DNA of 64,000 nt from Tubulanus polymorphus (Eukaryota; Animalia; Nemertea): NCBI RefSeq assembly GCF_964204645.1, contig NC_134031.1, positions 2,542,001 through 2,606,000 on the forward strand. Reading direction: 5' to 3'. The notes beneath the pieces are model-generated. The model did not search any database, was not told the origin of the DNA, and saw only the letters and a list, made by a program, of their open reading frames with translations. Both the position numbers and the translations under genes were made by a program. The first letter of the stretch is position 1, and every line of letters starts with the position of its first letter. Below are positions 14,001 through 30,030 of the stretch, in pieces.

Positions 14001-15499
14001 CCGAATCTGGAAAAATAAGAATGACCTACGTGAAAATAAATACCCTTCTTTCACAGACCCGTATGGACCACGGGGGAGAGTGAGCCAGTTATCATATTAT
14101 TTTGGGAAGCGTCTACCGTAGAAAAAAGCGGAAAGCCTGCATCTCTATTCATGGTTCTACTAACTTCTATACTAAAAGAGTTTTTTGCTGATCAGAACTT
14201 CTTTACTCAGTCCAATAATTGTTCTTGTTTTAGTTCGTATGTTAATATTCATCGGGAGATATTATCATCAAACTTGGGCGATCACTCGCTTCACTCGTTG
14301 CGCGGCTCCATACTGATCGACCCCTATATCATCACGGATTCCAACTATGCTTATTGCCCACTAACCTTCGCATGAAAACGCTTTATTTCTGCTAATTTAC
14401 GAGCAGTAACTGGTAATTTACTAATTAACGAGGCCTGCGCTGTTGAATGTATTCGAATAACTGCCAATGGAAAATCATACATCTATTCCGGCGAAAATTT
14501 TCGCATTGCCGCCAAAGAATATTTCTTTGATCTAGAGGAATTTTCCTCAGTGTTTCAATGTCAGTGAATGGTAATTAGAACACCATTATAGAGACCTTGA
14601 TGAAGGTAGATGATCCTATTACTCTAACCTTGTAGTGCGTAAGGTTGCCACGTGTGCTATAGAAATTGGACTTTAATTTGTAAGATATTCGATTATGGTC
14701 AATTCATCATTGGAATAACATTTCAATATGGAACAGCTACAGACATTTTAATAATGCTTTGTTCGCCACCCAAAGATTATGCCCGATTTGTTATCCTTAC
14801 AGCTTTCAGTCTAACGAGAGCTCGCACTCAACAGTTATTAGAATCACGTTCGCTGTTTTTGCAATAAGACGGGCATTTATCCGGTAAGCGATCAAGACGC
14901 TTCGTCGCCGTCAAGATACCACTCGAGTCGTGTTTGAGTGACCGTCTTAATCAATGTATGATAAAATACATACACCTTTTCTTTTTCTATCCTAAGTAAG
15001 TCGTTAACTTCTGATAAAGACGAATACTTCAGACATCTTTGAATAATAATTGACAAATCAGATGAAATTAAAGTTAATTGCATTTTAGTCATTGTCCTTG
15101 AACCTCGGCTGTGACCTTGCTCCCATAATTAGTCATTATCTTGTAAATTTGATAAACAACGAATATTCAGAATATTCATGAATTAAAAGGTTCATTTATT
15201 CCGAGCCTAGAATTCCCTTTCCCTTACCCGGAAACACGACACGGGCACGTCGTACTGATCACTTCCGGTATCGTTCCGAAAATGATTATCGATCGTATTG
15301 ATGACGTATATTTTTATGCGGGGCACGTTCAGATCGCGCCTTCAAAAAAATACACGATCTTTTATTTTTATATTCGATACCATTTCTCATCTGGCATGCG
15401 CGATTATTATAAAAACATTGACCCCGGGATCCAGGTGGGATAGATAACCAGTGAGACGCGTGCGAGAGTGGCGTGAAGAAAAAACAGAACGTGAGTAAA

Positions 15500-15614
15500 G
15501 ATTGAGGAGAGAGTCGAGCGAGGAAGAGGAAAGGGAGAGAGAGAGAGTGAGAGAGAGAGAGAGGCGCTCTGTGGAGTGGATTAATAATTCAAGGGTATCG
15601 CGTCGCATATATAG
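15500..15614 (+). promoter_or_regulatory. GA-rich microsatellite followed by a TATA-like element; possible alternative promoter
   Basis: (GA)n run ~15535-15562, TATATAG at ~15608, downstream donor-like sites (CGG|GTAAGA ~15637, AAG|GTAAAT ~15717). Confidence 0.3.
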
Positions 15615-16210
15615 CGAGTGAGTCGAATCGTAAACGGGTAAGACGATCAATAGCAAACATGATATCGAAAATGAATAATTTATTGCTCTACGGCGACTGA
15701 ACGTACGAGGTTTTAAGGTAAATCAAATCATACGGTTAACAAACCGTGTATTACTTGTGACGACGTTAAGGGTGGTCCCGATTTGTTGTTTATCAAACGA
15801 TGCGATATGTATGATGAACAAATAAAATCATTTTCCGTGATGGAAATTCTATTTACCTCATATTTACTTAAACATCTTAGCGCGTTACGTGAATAAGAAA
15901 TCCGTAGACGTAGAGACAAATTGTACTTTAAAGGTTAACTTGATTTTATTCAAAGTAAACCTTCAAAGAACTATGATTCGATACCGGGTTAACAACATAG
16001 CATATATATTACAAGCGTGAGAGATGAATGTAACATCTTTCGTAGGTTTTGGCTCCGAATCATTAAAGATCTTTGTCTAATTTCTAGTTCGATAATTTAA
16101 GCATAGAATTTCACTTTGTAGTCAAACCATATAAGAAACGAAAAAAAATCATTTGAGTTCACTAAGATTAGATAACTAACTAACTAACTAATATAGATAA
16201 CATTGGAAAC

Positions 16211-16257
16211 AAATCTAACGTTTCGTTCAAATCTAACGTTTCGTCTAACGTTTCGTC
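16211..16257. repeat. Local tandem repeat TCTAACGTTTCG x3
   Basis: Read directly. A short (TAAC)n run lies just upstream at ~16173-16190. Confidence 0.7.
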
Positions 16258-19200
16258 GAAATAGTTCATTTCCAATCATTTCATCACTGAAAGATTAAAA
16301 CTCGACGGTGTCAACTGGATCATAGTTTCTTTAAATCTATAATTACTTCAAAGACGTTGACATATGAATCCATATTAAAATAATGCGTATGAAGATTGAT
16401 ATGAAAGAACATACGACTGAGATTAATTCGAGTTACAATTTCGATCCCTCCCGCACTAGACAGAACGCTTACTCTACTAAAGATTGAAAAAAAGTATATT
16501 CTAAAAAGTCGTAAGTGATTCATCACTTATTATCGTCTGTTTTATCATCGAATACATCAGAAACATCGAGATACGTCTTATCGATCGAGGCGAAATTTCT
16601 AACAATTTTTGAGCCGTTTAATACTTAAATGGATCTGTACGCGGTGGCTTTCGGCGTATACAATCCATCAAATGCGTTATGCTTTATCTTCGCTGCATTG
16701 AAATCGACGCCGGGAAGATGGCAAGTGAAGAATGAAGCGCGTTTCCTTTAAAGTAATTGCAAATTCTCCATCAGCAACAGGCGGTGACGTAATATGAACT
16801 CAGTATTAAAGAAGCTTAGCTTCGAGTAAAATTAAAACGATGCCCAACTGTCATTTCGTAAGATAATGTTATCGGTACATTTTATGCCGGGAACGGAGAA
16901 AAATTTGCTTTCAAGATTTTCAGTGAAATGAACTACGGACAAATGAAGATGGACGCTTTTCAATACGCGTTTATTAAGCTACATCTGTGATCAGCACTAT
17001 ATCGGAATAAATTTAATTAGTTTTTTGCTCTCGTCCGGAGTTGGTCGTCTGCGCGGGCCGTTTTCATTTTTTCTGCCTGTGTGCAGAGTCGCAGCACTCT
17101 CCGGCCGTCGCGCATTCGCTCGTAGTAATTGGTCCGGAAATTGCATGAGAATCAAACGGTCTTTGCTCGCCGCATCCCAGTTCTGAAGAAAGAACGATTG
17201 TACTCGATTCAATGCCAGTGTCACGTATTTGCTCGACGATCAAAGATTGTTTTCCATCTCTCTGACGAATGGAACTATAATTGAGATTAATAAATGCTCT
17301 CGCGTGAAAAAATTCGCCTCGTAATTTAAGCAGTTGAAGCCTTTTTTCATCTAGAACCACTCGGCGGTGGTGAGAACAGCATTTGATATCTGTATACCGC
17401 TCGGCAGATATTGTCGGCACTGCGGTGAAATTTATGGAAGCTTGTACAATTGACTTATAGCCATTTCTTGCCTATATCGCGTTTAAAATCGACGAAAACC
17501 ATAAAGATTGATATCGAGTTTACGAATGACGACTCGAGTTGGCTCGAGCGCGGAGACACGTTCTTAACTTGCCAAAATGTCAATAAAACGCAACCAGTAA
17601 GAATTCGGTTTGATTTATCAGTCAATATCGGGCGATAACCTGATGGCAGTGACAGATGGCCTATACGTATCCCATCCCTACAAATATGAAGCCCCTTTTG
17701 TAAAAAAAGGGGTGGCACAGCTTGCATTCTGATAAGAATAAAATCACTGCCTATCCCAATTCCCATTTATTTCCTGCGTGTTAATTTTCTTTCGTGATAG
17801 TGTAGCTAGACTCTGCGACAAACTAAAAGATCATTCGGCACAAAATTGAGTTATTAACTACGAATTTTTCTTTGTTTCTTACGCAACGCCTCTGTGGAGA
17901 AGAAAAACGCGACCAATCAGAAATAATCAATTTCCAAATAGCTCTTAATTAGATGGAGATGTAATTTTGCTCGGATTGCGCAACAAGTCGAACGACTGTA
18001 AGACATTGTCGTATTGATGTATCTCGTGTATAGCGTGATCTAACTGATGCTCGCTACGCTCAACACATCAATAACTTTTCTTATCGGTAGCGAAGAAACA
18101 GAGTAGATATCTCCTGTGCTTTATCGCGCGTTAACCAATAAAACACCAAACTTTCCAACACGGCTACATCCCTTCGCCTGACTATTATAAAGTTGTCCGT
18201 ATACGAAACGGCAACGGATTTTGCACCGTATAACCCGGTGGGGTCGGGTTTGCCTGATAACTAACTATTCAAAAGTCATTACAGCTTGTCTATCTCTCTC
18301 TACGGTATATGAAATTACCCCCAATGAAAATATTCTTCTTCGAGCCATAGTTGTAGGTAGTGTTGTAATCTGTCACTCGATGATTTGTCGCAGACGGATT
18401 TAATTGAACGGAATAAAAGAAGTATCAGATTACTCCGAATTCTGCGCGGAGCAGCGTCGTGTAAGATTCTCGGTGATTCATATTGATAGAAATGACAACT
18501 ACAAAACGTGGCTCGCGTAGCTAAAGCCAAACGAACACACGACGCTGGGAAACACAGAAACACGGAATCAGACATGTTTGATCTGGGAAACATTGTTTCG
18601 CGAAACTTATGTTTTTTTCGTTTCTCGTAAACGCACACGAAACAGTAAATAAGTAAGTTTGTAATTTGTCAGGGAAACGCTCCGAAACATGTTTCTGCCT
18701 CCTCAAGCCTTTATTCCCTTCATTTCGACTGCAATCTAGACGCTTATGGCTTCATTTTTACCATTTTTCAATTTCTCGAAATATCATCTATCCGGTTTAG
18801 TCACTTGTCGGACTGGTTTTACTATAGTCATCAACCTCTTTATCAGTACAAGTAAATCTCAGCGTTAACAGTAACAAAAATCTAGTTCTTCAGAAATAAA
18901 ATATATTTAACTACGCTTTCTTCTTATTACCGCATATAATCTAGATTTCTTACTATAAGACAATGCGGGTGGCTGCACCTTCCTATATCCGGTATAGTAG
19001 CCGGCCCCCGACTGACGGAGAGTTTCCAATCCTTCCTGTTTTTTCCACGTCATGATTTTATTTCAACACCTGAATCGTGTGGTCTTATTAAGCCTCGGAA
19101 TTCTCAGCCGCTGTAGAGGTCTCTGAAAATCTCAATCGTTCTAACTCGTCGAACTCCTGGGGAGGATTTTACACGGGAATCTCGCTTTACGAAAGACGCA

Positions 19201-22200
19201 CGGGAATGAAAATATTTCAGAAAGTTGATTTTCCAAAGAAAGGTTAGTTACATGTTTTAACAATTGATAACATAAAGATTAGTGATTGATAAATAGATTG
19301 ATAAATTCCAATCAAATATCAATTGGTTTAGAAAGGGATTGGTTTAACAGATTAGATACGAATAGAGGATTCTATATTTTGGGAAATGTTAGTGTGACTG
19401 ATTTAGATAAATATGGATAAAAAGAGGTGAAAACCATATAGAATATGGTTGAATAAAATTTATTTGTATATCCACATTTCGGAAATTCCAGCGGCGGTAA
19501 TCCAAGCTTTTCTAAAAAATGGCTTAAGATTGAAAGTCGAAATTGTCTGATTGTGGAAAATATTTCCTTATCTACATCTACCCGTTCTGTTGACCGTTTA
19601 ACTTTATCGCGAGATATTCGTTTAGACTTATTTGATTTATCTAAACGATACGTGGTTCTCGTGTAGGAGGTGTACGCATGAATGAATCAACACTTCCACG
19701 CATTTTCTCCGCAGACACCCAGCGATTTTTATTTCGATTCCGCTCTTGAGTTCTGAGAATCTCTGGAATTACGGAACATGAGTCAAGAATCCGACTGGAA
19801 TATTTTCGTGTTATGTCTAGTAGTCTCCATATGTGCTACGTATATCGTCACCGTTTCAGAGAGTTCTTGTATTTTCCACTTCAAAGCGGGTATAATTGCA
19901 CCTTGTTTTGAGCTTTGAAAATTTCTCAAAAACTATTGTCGAGATTGAAGTTGTGAATGTTTCGTGGTTCAGAGACACCGAATATTTTCCGGTTCTCGTG
20001 AAAGGTTCGGTATGACTTCCGAACTAGAAAGGAACGCAGCATTTTGTGAAATGAACGAGTTTTCTGGCGTCGGGATGGTTTGTCGATGACGTCATGTTGG
20101 ATCTCATAATAGCAGAGATTGAATCAAAAACGACATTTTACCATATTAACACCAGTAGGAAAATGAAGGTTCTTTGGTGCGCCACAGGCGTCTTTTTATC
20201 GCGTTAAGATGAAAAGAGCCGATATTTCGAAGGTGTTTTTACGCACACAAAATAAATATTTAGAGAGAATTGCAAACTCCTTGTAATACAAGGTACATAC
20301 GAAAGAATAAGCTAAGCAATTTTATGAGTCAGACGTCTTGAAATCCCATATAGTAAAAAGCCGAGACGCTTGCTATGATGAAAACTTTAATTCTATACTA
20401 GTATATAGCGTATCTAAAAGGGCTGGGGTATGGTTTCATAGAAAATAGTTAATAACGATTTCAAACATTGCGAGACTCTTGATAGGCTTTGAATCATTTT
20501 AGCGGTCGATTATCGATTCCAGGTGGAGCTTTTATATTCAAATCACTGCAGTAGCGATATTATACACTTCTGCGAGTCATCTTTATAAGTTAATCGGCCG
20601 GTAAGCTAGCACACTAATATACACACCTTCCGAGTTCGTTAGTTAGCTCGTTTTGAGAGGATTATCTCGTCTGGACGACCGAATATTTATCTATCGCGGG
20701 CGGCGCTGGAGTCTAACGCCGCCGTCGCCACCGCTGCAGACGATAGTTTCCCGATATGATTTAAAATGGAAATTGCAGAGAACCAACCCCTGAGTACGCA
20801 CTCATTCGCGCCATTCCAATAAAACATGAGATTATACATCTGACATAAGTGATCTTTAAGTAGTTTTATGAGCTTCTTCTAAGTGTCAATATCGTTGGAT
20901 GAATCCGTTTTTATTCATGCATAACATGTTGCTTCCGTTGCGAGGCGTGATCAGTCAACGAGGTCATTAGATTCACACAGCCAGCGGACAGCCAGCCTGC
21001 TCTCTTTCTCTCCATGGAGACTGAAACGGAACGCCGTGAACCGCCGGACCATGAGGCAAAAAGTGAGTTAGTCACATTTTCAAAAATGATAATCCTCTTC
21101 AAGCCTAGAATCTATCAGTATATGGTGGTTTTTCTGATCATTTCATTGCAAAAATCTTCAAAATCTTCTTTTCTATCAAGATGATTTTTATTGTATCATA
21201 TACATTAATTGTTTAAAACAAATTCTGTTTAACGGAAAAAAAAGACAAATTAGTTCCCTGATTAGTGTCTATGAATACGCCGGAAAGGTTTGTGGCATCC
21301 TTTCCCTGGTTCAGTACGTTTAAAAATCCATCGGTCCAAATTATCAATGCATTAATCATTCAAAGTTTCCCTCAAACATCAGTGCGAAATATCATCTGTT
21401 TTTTGGGTTCGATACGATTAGTAAATGGAATTCACTGGTGGATCTAAGGATTACCTTTGAAGTTATCATGACATGTTATTAAAGTGTAGTGTATACGCGA
21501 TTAAGGCATTTGTGGATGGGTTAGATGCATTCTACATCCTTTTCATCTTTATCCTACCAATCATGCAATACGTGCTTGTAAATTTCGCTATATTCAGGCA
21601 GTAAAAAATTCAGAAAAAGGCAGCTTAAAACATTTTAGGGTCTCGTACGAGGCCCACAAAATCCACACCTTTAATCACGTAGCGTATGATATTTTCTACT
21701 TGGAGAACCGTGGAAAAACTAAAACCGAAATAAGTATTGAAAATTCTGTGGAACAATGGACGTTCATCGATGAAAACTAAATACGCTAGCATAAAGAGTG
21801 CAGCTGCATCCTCCGTTTTGTCTCAGAGAGACATTCGAAACGATTCCAATCCAATTTGTTGGTCAGGCTAGTGGCAGGTGCCAATCCGTATCCATACATA
21901 TCATAATTAGGCCTACTGTAATATATTTTTCGCTCCATAACAATTATGATACACTTTTGAAGGAAAAAACTATATATGGATGAAATGACTAACAAACGCC
22001 TACTCAGTTATAGTAAATATGAATATTAGAAGGAGCATTTTATTTTTCATAATTTCATCGTTATCCATTAATAGGTTGTTGAATATACAACATAATTCAA
22101 GATGTATACGTAGCTCAGCTCGTGTGTGAACAGGCAAGAATAAATAGTTGATGGGGGTGAACGAATTGTCGAAAAGATAACTCAGTTTGATGCAACTCGT

Positions 22201-25200
22201 AGAAAGCGAGGGGGTGTATTGTATAACATGAACGGTTTACTGTTTAGTAAACACGCCGAGACGAGATACCCCTGTGATACTTTACAAACTACAAATTAAA
22301 TCCGATTTATGGCCAGACATCTCTTCGTGCGTACGGAATTTCTTTTTACCCATCGGCGGTTTGTGTACGAGTGAAACAAAGATAGTGTTTATTCCGCCAT
22401 ATTGATTATACTATAGTATCTTATGTTCGTCAGACTAGTGAAGTTTTGACTGAACCTACGTGACGTGTCAAACAGGTGACTGAAGCTTAGCTAACAACCT
22501 TAGCTTTCAAGGCTTTTTCTCCGACATACTCGGAGCTTTGTTTGACGTTAAGGCGTAAAATAGTGCCTAATTTATGACGACAAGTATGTAGTCAAGTAAA
22601 AAATGTTGTACTTTCTTTGGCGCACGTTCAACGCCCTGAATGCGAATCGGATGCTTTCAATTGCATCGGGATACGTAGACGAAGGATTTCATTCCATCGA
22701 AAACATTTTAATTCGCCGCGTTTCTATCAGTTTTTTTGCGCATTTTATCTGAAGAATTCTTGATTTAGATAAACCACACCTGAGCCCAATAAAACTCTCT
22801 CGCGATAAACAGCGAAGGAATCACACGAGTCGTTACTTTACAATGCGTTACGTTAACAAACACGAAATCCTATACGTGTATATACTTCACAAACACTAAG
22901 GCCCAAGATCGAATTTTCTTTATCAAAAAACCTTAAAGTTCCAGAATAACTGCAGTTATGGCCGATCAACTCAATAGATATAAGAAAATAACGCCAAAAT
23001 CGATGTAAACACAGATTTGAAAAGTAATTTGTTATAAATCCGACGATATGCTCCTTTGAACCGTGGTTTATGTTATGTCCCGACGCTTAGATCTAAAATA
23101 TGACCCATGATTGTGATGATATACGATACACGCGTTTAATGATATCTTATACGATTAATTTGGCGATCCAAGGAATGTATTTCTATCAATTCAATGAAGG
23201 CTCGTCTTTGATCGTAAAACTCATACGATATCTTCTGTTAGAACTGACCGAACGCGAAATATTGATTTGTTTATGATGATCGGATTGATAATGCGTTTCT
23301 ATGAGAGTATGGGACGAGATCAATGTATTCCAATGATTAAGTCTGCACTAAGATAGCGTCCGTCCTGTCTCTATCGGGTCGACCACTTCCGCTTTAACTT
23401 ACCCTCAAGAACCGCACGAACCCGAAGATTAGCCATTAGTTCCTTAAAAGGACGTCGCATTATCATCGTTTTCAAACGTACATCTAACGATTTTTGTGTT
23501 TCAAATTCTGTATCCATCCATTATGGATATTTCGCACTTTGTATTCAAGTGTCGTGACCGAGTGATGAAATATAGCCACATCCGTTATTTTGAAAAATGA
23601 CTATCAATCCGCGCTCATAATGACTACGGGTTTTTTTCTACCGCTCATGTTTTCATACCGGGTAACTTTTTAGATAGAATTGATATTCAGCTCGGTATTG
23701 TCCGGTGTTTAAAAAAAAAACGCTCGTCGTTCGGGGCCTTTTTTCGTTTCGCTTTGATATTACGTGCGCTGAGTGATACCGGAAGTGACGTAAACGAACA
23801 TACCGTGTTCCATCACACTCATGACTCGTTGACGTATTGCGAAAGATACAACGAGTCATTTTCAATCGGGATTGTATTTTCTATTTACCCAATATTTCAA
23901 TCGGAATAAATATTCCGAATAAAAGCTTTGATAGGCGATTAGAGAGAATTTGTTTCAGCGTATTATGAATGATTCAATTCGGTTCAATATTCATTTCACA
24001 GAAAGGAGAATAAATCTGGGAAATCAACAGTTTGAGACGACAGAAAAAAATTACAAAAATGGTATAGAGCACTTTTTCGTGCAAGCCAAGCAGTGCCGTA
24101 GGGACCGTAGGTTGATGAAACACTATTCAGTGTTGTGACGATATATAAAGAATGCCACACCAATAAAACGGAAGATTAAGTCCGAAAAGTTTTTCTTTCA
24201 GCAATAAATTTATTCATTCGACATTTCGTCTATATCCTAATAGTCATCTTCACGTTTTATCAGTGTGGGATTCTCTATATACCCAAATACAATGCTACAA
24301 TGATGGTTACAATGTAGAGCATGGTCCCATGAATCACGCCACTTTCACACATGGGGCCGATTCAATATTGACTTGGTCTTGAATCTAAAAACTGGTCTGT
24401 AACTGTTAGATTGGCTGTAGAACCAAGATGGTCCTACACTAAACTAATCTTGAATGTAAGCCATAATGACCGGCCATTGGATTAAGTTTCACAAAATGTT
24501 TAATACTAAATTTAATTGCTATAATATTGGCAACTTCGCTTTTTATGAAACAATTCAACTGTTCTCATGAAACTGGAATCAGGATGAATCTATAGGGTGT
24601 AAAATGTGTTATGTGAGCGTCATTTTTAACCAGACGATCATCCAGAATCATTACTCTAACATTAATGGAATGATACGTACGTGCCACCGACCAGTGAAAG
24701 CTTAATGGAAAATCTTTTCAGCCGTGATTGCAGGGTGTGGGATCGACAGTCACAGCAAAACACGATACACATTATTTATACCATCAATAAGACGCCGGAC
24801 CAGTCAGCATCCTGACGCTAGTCATTCAAGTGGTCCATGGCTAGTGATCGAACTATGTGCCGTGCGTAATCGGCCATTCAAGACTGGGCAAATATTTGAA
24901 TAGACCTTGTTTTATTGCATAATGCCAGTTGATATTTGTAAAGTGTTCGAATTAACGATTCACCATTCGTTGGAGTACTGCTGGGCGATGAATTATTTCC
25001 TGAACCGGGAATACAGCTCTGGTCGCAATGAATTATTGCTCGTATTTTTTTTTTAGATATTCATCAGCTTTTTCATACATATTTATTCGCAGACACATCA
25101 CCAGTCGCAGTCATTGAGAGTAAAAAAACATGGTTCGTTTTGAATAGATGGACTTAAGTACATTTGGTGCGTTAAAAACTGGTTATTAACCCCGTAAATA

Positions 25201-28200
25201 TTGTCGTATCCGGGATGAGTAAATGATAAATGGATGAAAACATGGGAGCTAATTTCATTTATATGAAAAATTGCACCATGTAAAAATTGACGAACTTCTT
25301 CGGAAAAAAATTCCTTAATCTTTTGGATCTATTTTTATAAGGTGTCTCCCAGGTTTTTATATATGGTATTGAAGACTGGCAAAATGTTTCGTTCTTTTTA
25401 ATACTGATTCAATGCTCTTCGTATTATAGCAATGCGTATTTTTCAGCAAGCAATAAAACTGAAAAATGATAATGAATGCGCTATATGGTGTTTATTGGTA
25501 ATTACATACGTGTCAGGGTTGGCTTCGTCTAAGTAGCAACTTAGTATTAGCAAACATTATGATGCGAGTTGATGAAGTAGAACTTATTATCAATTAATGC
25601 GTGTTATTCAACCGAGAACCGAGTATAGAAGGAATTAATGAAAAACATTCTTGAAATTTTCCCAGCGCGAAAAAATGAATACCGAATAAATATTACATCC
25701 GTCCATAAACTAACAGCCGAACGAAGACAATAGAGTTTTGTTGAGATGCAGCTTTTCAACGTAAAAAAGGCAGTATTTATTGTTTTATTGCTTTCAAAAG
25801 AATTTTCCTGTTCGTAACTAATGATTGGGCGTTGAAGTACTCGACAAATCAGTGGCATTCATCAAAGCATAACCAGTATGACGGAATGCTGGTGCTTAAA
25901 AACCCGATTTCAAATTGTTGCCAATCGTTCGCCAGTTGCCAACGAAAATCCAATATCGCATATACATGTATGATTTTACATTAAAAAGTAAACAACAGCG
26001 GTTACGGCGTATCTATTTTCATAGGTGTCAGAAATATTCCAGTAGTCGGCTAGAAACGGTGTCATTGAACGTCATTATATCGGGAAATATCAACGTGCAG
26101 TTGTTCTAAGCTAAAGTTAGCTTTACCGTTCTTAAAAATGACACTCACAACACTCCTTATACAGCACCAGTTAACGGCATCAATCGGATACACGCGCTCG
26201 ATGGCTTTCTATTTACCGGATTAACTCCTTGAAAACTCCATCGAGAAGCGGTCCAAATAGAGACCTAGTTGAAACGAAAAATAGCTTCGTAACAACGACA
26301 TATGAAATGAAAAAATGAACGATGTTAAATGGTTCCTGGACTGAGTGAAATAGAACTACGTTATAAAACCACATTATAACCCCGTTCACGACTGTTCTAT
26401 CCGTTCACATCGCGTTACGTAGAACGTTCTAATCCCGTTCCTATCAGGAACGAACGAAGCGTTCATTCTAGTAAAAAGTTTGATCCTCCTTGGTCCATGC
26501 AATTTAAGATTGGACCAGGCAAAACCGGAACGACAAAAATACCGATCCAGGTCTATTCTGAATTTTAGAACGGTCCACTTAGTGTGTGAATAGAAACTTT
26601 GTTTTAATTTTGTGTTTTGTGTTTGTAACTGGACCACTGATTACAGCAGATTTAAAAGCATGTGTTTTGAACGCGCAGCCATGATTTCGTCTGATCCAAG
26701 TACAAGCCAAATTAGAATTCTCTAACTAATCGTCAACGCGGATTATGTCAACTCTTGACAGTTAAATATCGTAAGACTGTAAAACTGGGTCCTGAGTGAC
26801 GTTATCGCTGCAGTTCTAGCGGCACACGTTGATCACGTGTTACTGTCAGTGACCGACAGCGCGTTGTTACACAATCATTATTCGATCGGTCGCACCGGCA
26901 ATAGAGCTCCATATTTAGTACTTCCCGTTCCGTAAAACTTCCTCGCCGAAGTTTTTTCCACTCCAATCTTCACTAAACACGCACAATATTCACGCCGAAT
27001 CCGCTGAACGTTATTACGATTTACATCATTTATTGTGCTGCTGTCGTTTGAGTTATGAACCAGTGCGTTGATGGAGTACACGAAGTCGATGAAATATTCA
27101 AAGGACAAATGACCTTGTATGTGGATTTATCTAAAGGCTCCGGCGAGACCTGGTGTATCTATAGGTGGTTGTAAATATAGATTTTTAATTTTTTAGGCGT
27201 CAAACTACAATTCTGAGGTATGTTATGTTTCCAAAGTGATCATGAAATGATGAATATATACAAAGCTTTAAAATTGTCAAATTTCTAGATTTTATAGAAT
27301 CAACTAATCGAAAACTAAATGATTTTTGAAAGCTAAATCTAGCGAATACTATTACTGATATTTATCTTTCATTTTGACAGCAGGAGAACATTTAGAGAAT
27401 CACTTATTTCATTGTTTAAGAAAATTCACCTCGAACCTTATGTAATTTTTTACGCGTAAAAAGGCGACGTCAAACATGAAGAAATTGCGTAAATAATCCA
27501 TTTCGTTGGCAATTACAATTACGCTATAATTTTCTGGGAGAAATTGATTACGTTTAATAAGGATGACGCTTGAAGTTGATTGTTTGCTTCGGGTAACAAT
27601 TTTTAACGTGTTTTCGACGTTGAAATCACGTCAGAAATGACCTATCTTTTCTTAATATTCTGTCTCATCTTCTCTATCTGCCTCGAGACTCTCGACATCT
27701 TGTCGTCACTCACAAATGTTCGCCATATTTCGCACTGTTTTCGGTCATGACGACGTGGCAATTCAAGTTCATCGCGGTCGGACAAGAACCTGCCGGCTTC
27801 AGTATGGATGCAAATCACAAGGATTTACATTCATCATAACTTAACCGATTCTTCTATCAAACCGAATAGATGAGCTGGTCATTTTGTATAAGTCCTAATT
27901 TCTTAAACTGGCTTTTTCATAAGGACCAATTCGAAAGCGGCCCAAATTGGAAACATATCTCCATATTAGGGATCAAAATAGTTATAATAGTTATAAATAA
28001 GTTATAATCTTTTAGAACCGCTGAACAGAGCACCGTGTAACAGGTGAACGACTTCGTTTTATATGTAAATGCTAAAAGAATATCCGTCGGAAAGAAGTGT
28101 CGAACAACGTTTGTCTAATATCTATTGACGATTATCCAAATAAGACAACAGACACTAGGATCAATAGCAATTAGACTTGCGAACACTCCAATTAATAGAT

Positions 28201-30030
28201 CCTATACTTGTCACGTTATATATTTATCTAAGCTTTTAAGTTCCTTTCACTCGAGACAAAACCTCTACCATATATTTCTCCATCGACTACCGATGAAATA
28301 ACAATTTTTTGTTTCGACAATTGAAAGCTTTGCCTTTTATAATTAGTACTTCGAAATCATACGTTCCGGTGACTCGATAATAGCAGATAGGATCGGCCGA
28401 CGTGCCGAAGCAGGTGAATGGACTATTTTGACGTGACGTTAGACAGAATCAGCTTAGTTTTATCGCTTTGACAAATATGGCAAATATAGCTAACAGGGTT
28501 TCTAAGTAATTTGAAGATGCGCGGCCATGTACCGCATATAAATTGCTCGGATATCGCTGTCGGCGACCGTGTAAAGAATCATCGGCAGATTAAGTTGATA
28601 GCAATAACACGACGGTCAGACGGCCGAAAGCCGACTGATCGTCAGACGTATGAGGCCATTCGGGTGACTCTGACCTCACAAATCACCGGATAAATGTTTC
28701 CGCGAGGATTCCCTATTATTAGAATTACTTCAGCTTATTCTATGGACCTCAGTCGCCGAGGAACTGTTGTTATTATCAAAACGGGTCTTCTAAGCCATAT
28801 CATTGAAAGAAATTTTGAATTGATTATCTGAATCATCATATTTCCCTCGAAGTTTGATTGTCTTTGTAAATTTCAAAATGATCCATAAAACCAGCTACAG
28901 AGGTCAAGGTTGCATGGCTTATTACGTTACGTTAAGTTTTCTACGGCGCTCTCAAGAAGCATATTAGATGGGAAATATTCCTGGTCTCGGCCCTTACACC
29001 ACCATCTGGTGTGTTGACTAACTGTAAAAACCAATCAATCGCTCAAACGATGTATTTATTTCCCGAATTATCAATACTTTAGAAATTTCAAAACAATAAG
29101 AATAACAAATATAGATTATATGAATCTTCATCTTGTATTCGAAAAATCGTTCGAAAGCAGATCGACCTGCTGCCGGAAATTCCTCTTTTCAGCCGATGCG
29201 TCTACTCCGCGCACGCGCAGTTGTATCGGTGATTTTTACCGTTACATTCGTAAGTGTAAAAAAGTGCAAGCGTAAAATGGAGGATGAATATCTTTTCAAG
29301 CATGTCACAACGGGACATATTGTCTGACAAAAACGAGTGTTAATACTTCTGTCTAGTCGGTACATTATCAATTCGTGTTTTTGACACGTATTCAGATAAA
29401 TAGAATAGATTTGCGACAAGACGACCAACAGAATTGTGTCAACGAGCGTGCATGTCTTTTGACTACTTGGTCGCTTTTAACATCTAGATTTTGAAATATC
29501 GACAATATAACGAGAAATGCTGCTAGTCGTCTGATATATTGGCTACGTATACATATGGTTTCCCGGGCTTGTGTGTCGAAAGACTGAAATTGTCCATCGA
29601 TATATCAAACAGAAAATTGCCCGAGGCAATGAGTCTAAAATACTATCTTGCGATGTTTGCCTAGCTCTATTACGTCTATTACTTCCAATTAAGAGTTACT
29701 TCAATTCGCGAGTTTCTTTCCAAGCGACAAAATCGTAATAAACGCGTTCAATTGGCGTCGATATTTTTGAATCTTTTCGCAATGAAATTGCATCAGTCCT
29801 CTTTTGTCTAACAAAGCATGGATTTAGATGTATTTTTACGACACCCCAGACGGCTTACGCGAGCGTTTCGTTTCATGCGTATTTGACAGTTAAACAGCTC
29901 TTTAACGCTCGTTGTTGATGTGATTTGAGAGAGAGAGGACCGATTCGCTCCAGGATCTTGATGTTCTAAAAAAATGAACGCATATGAAATGTGTTCATAT
30001 GCATAATAAACAGGAATTGCGGCGATTTTA

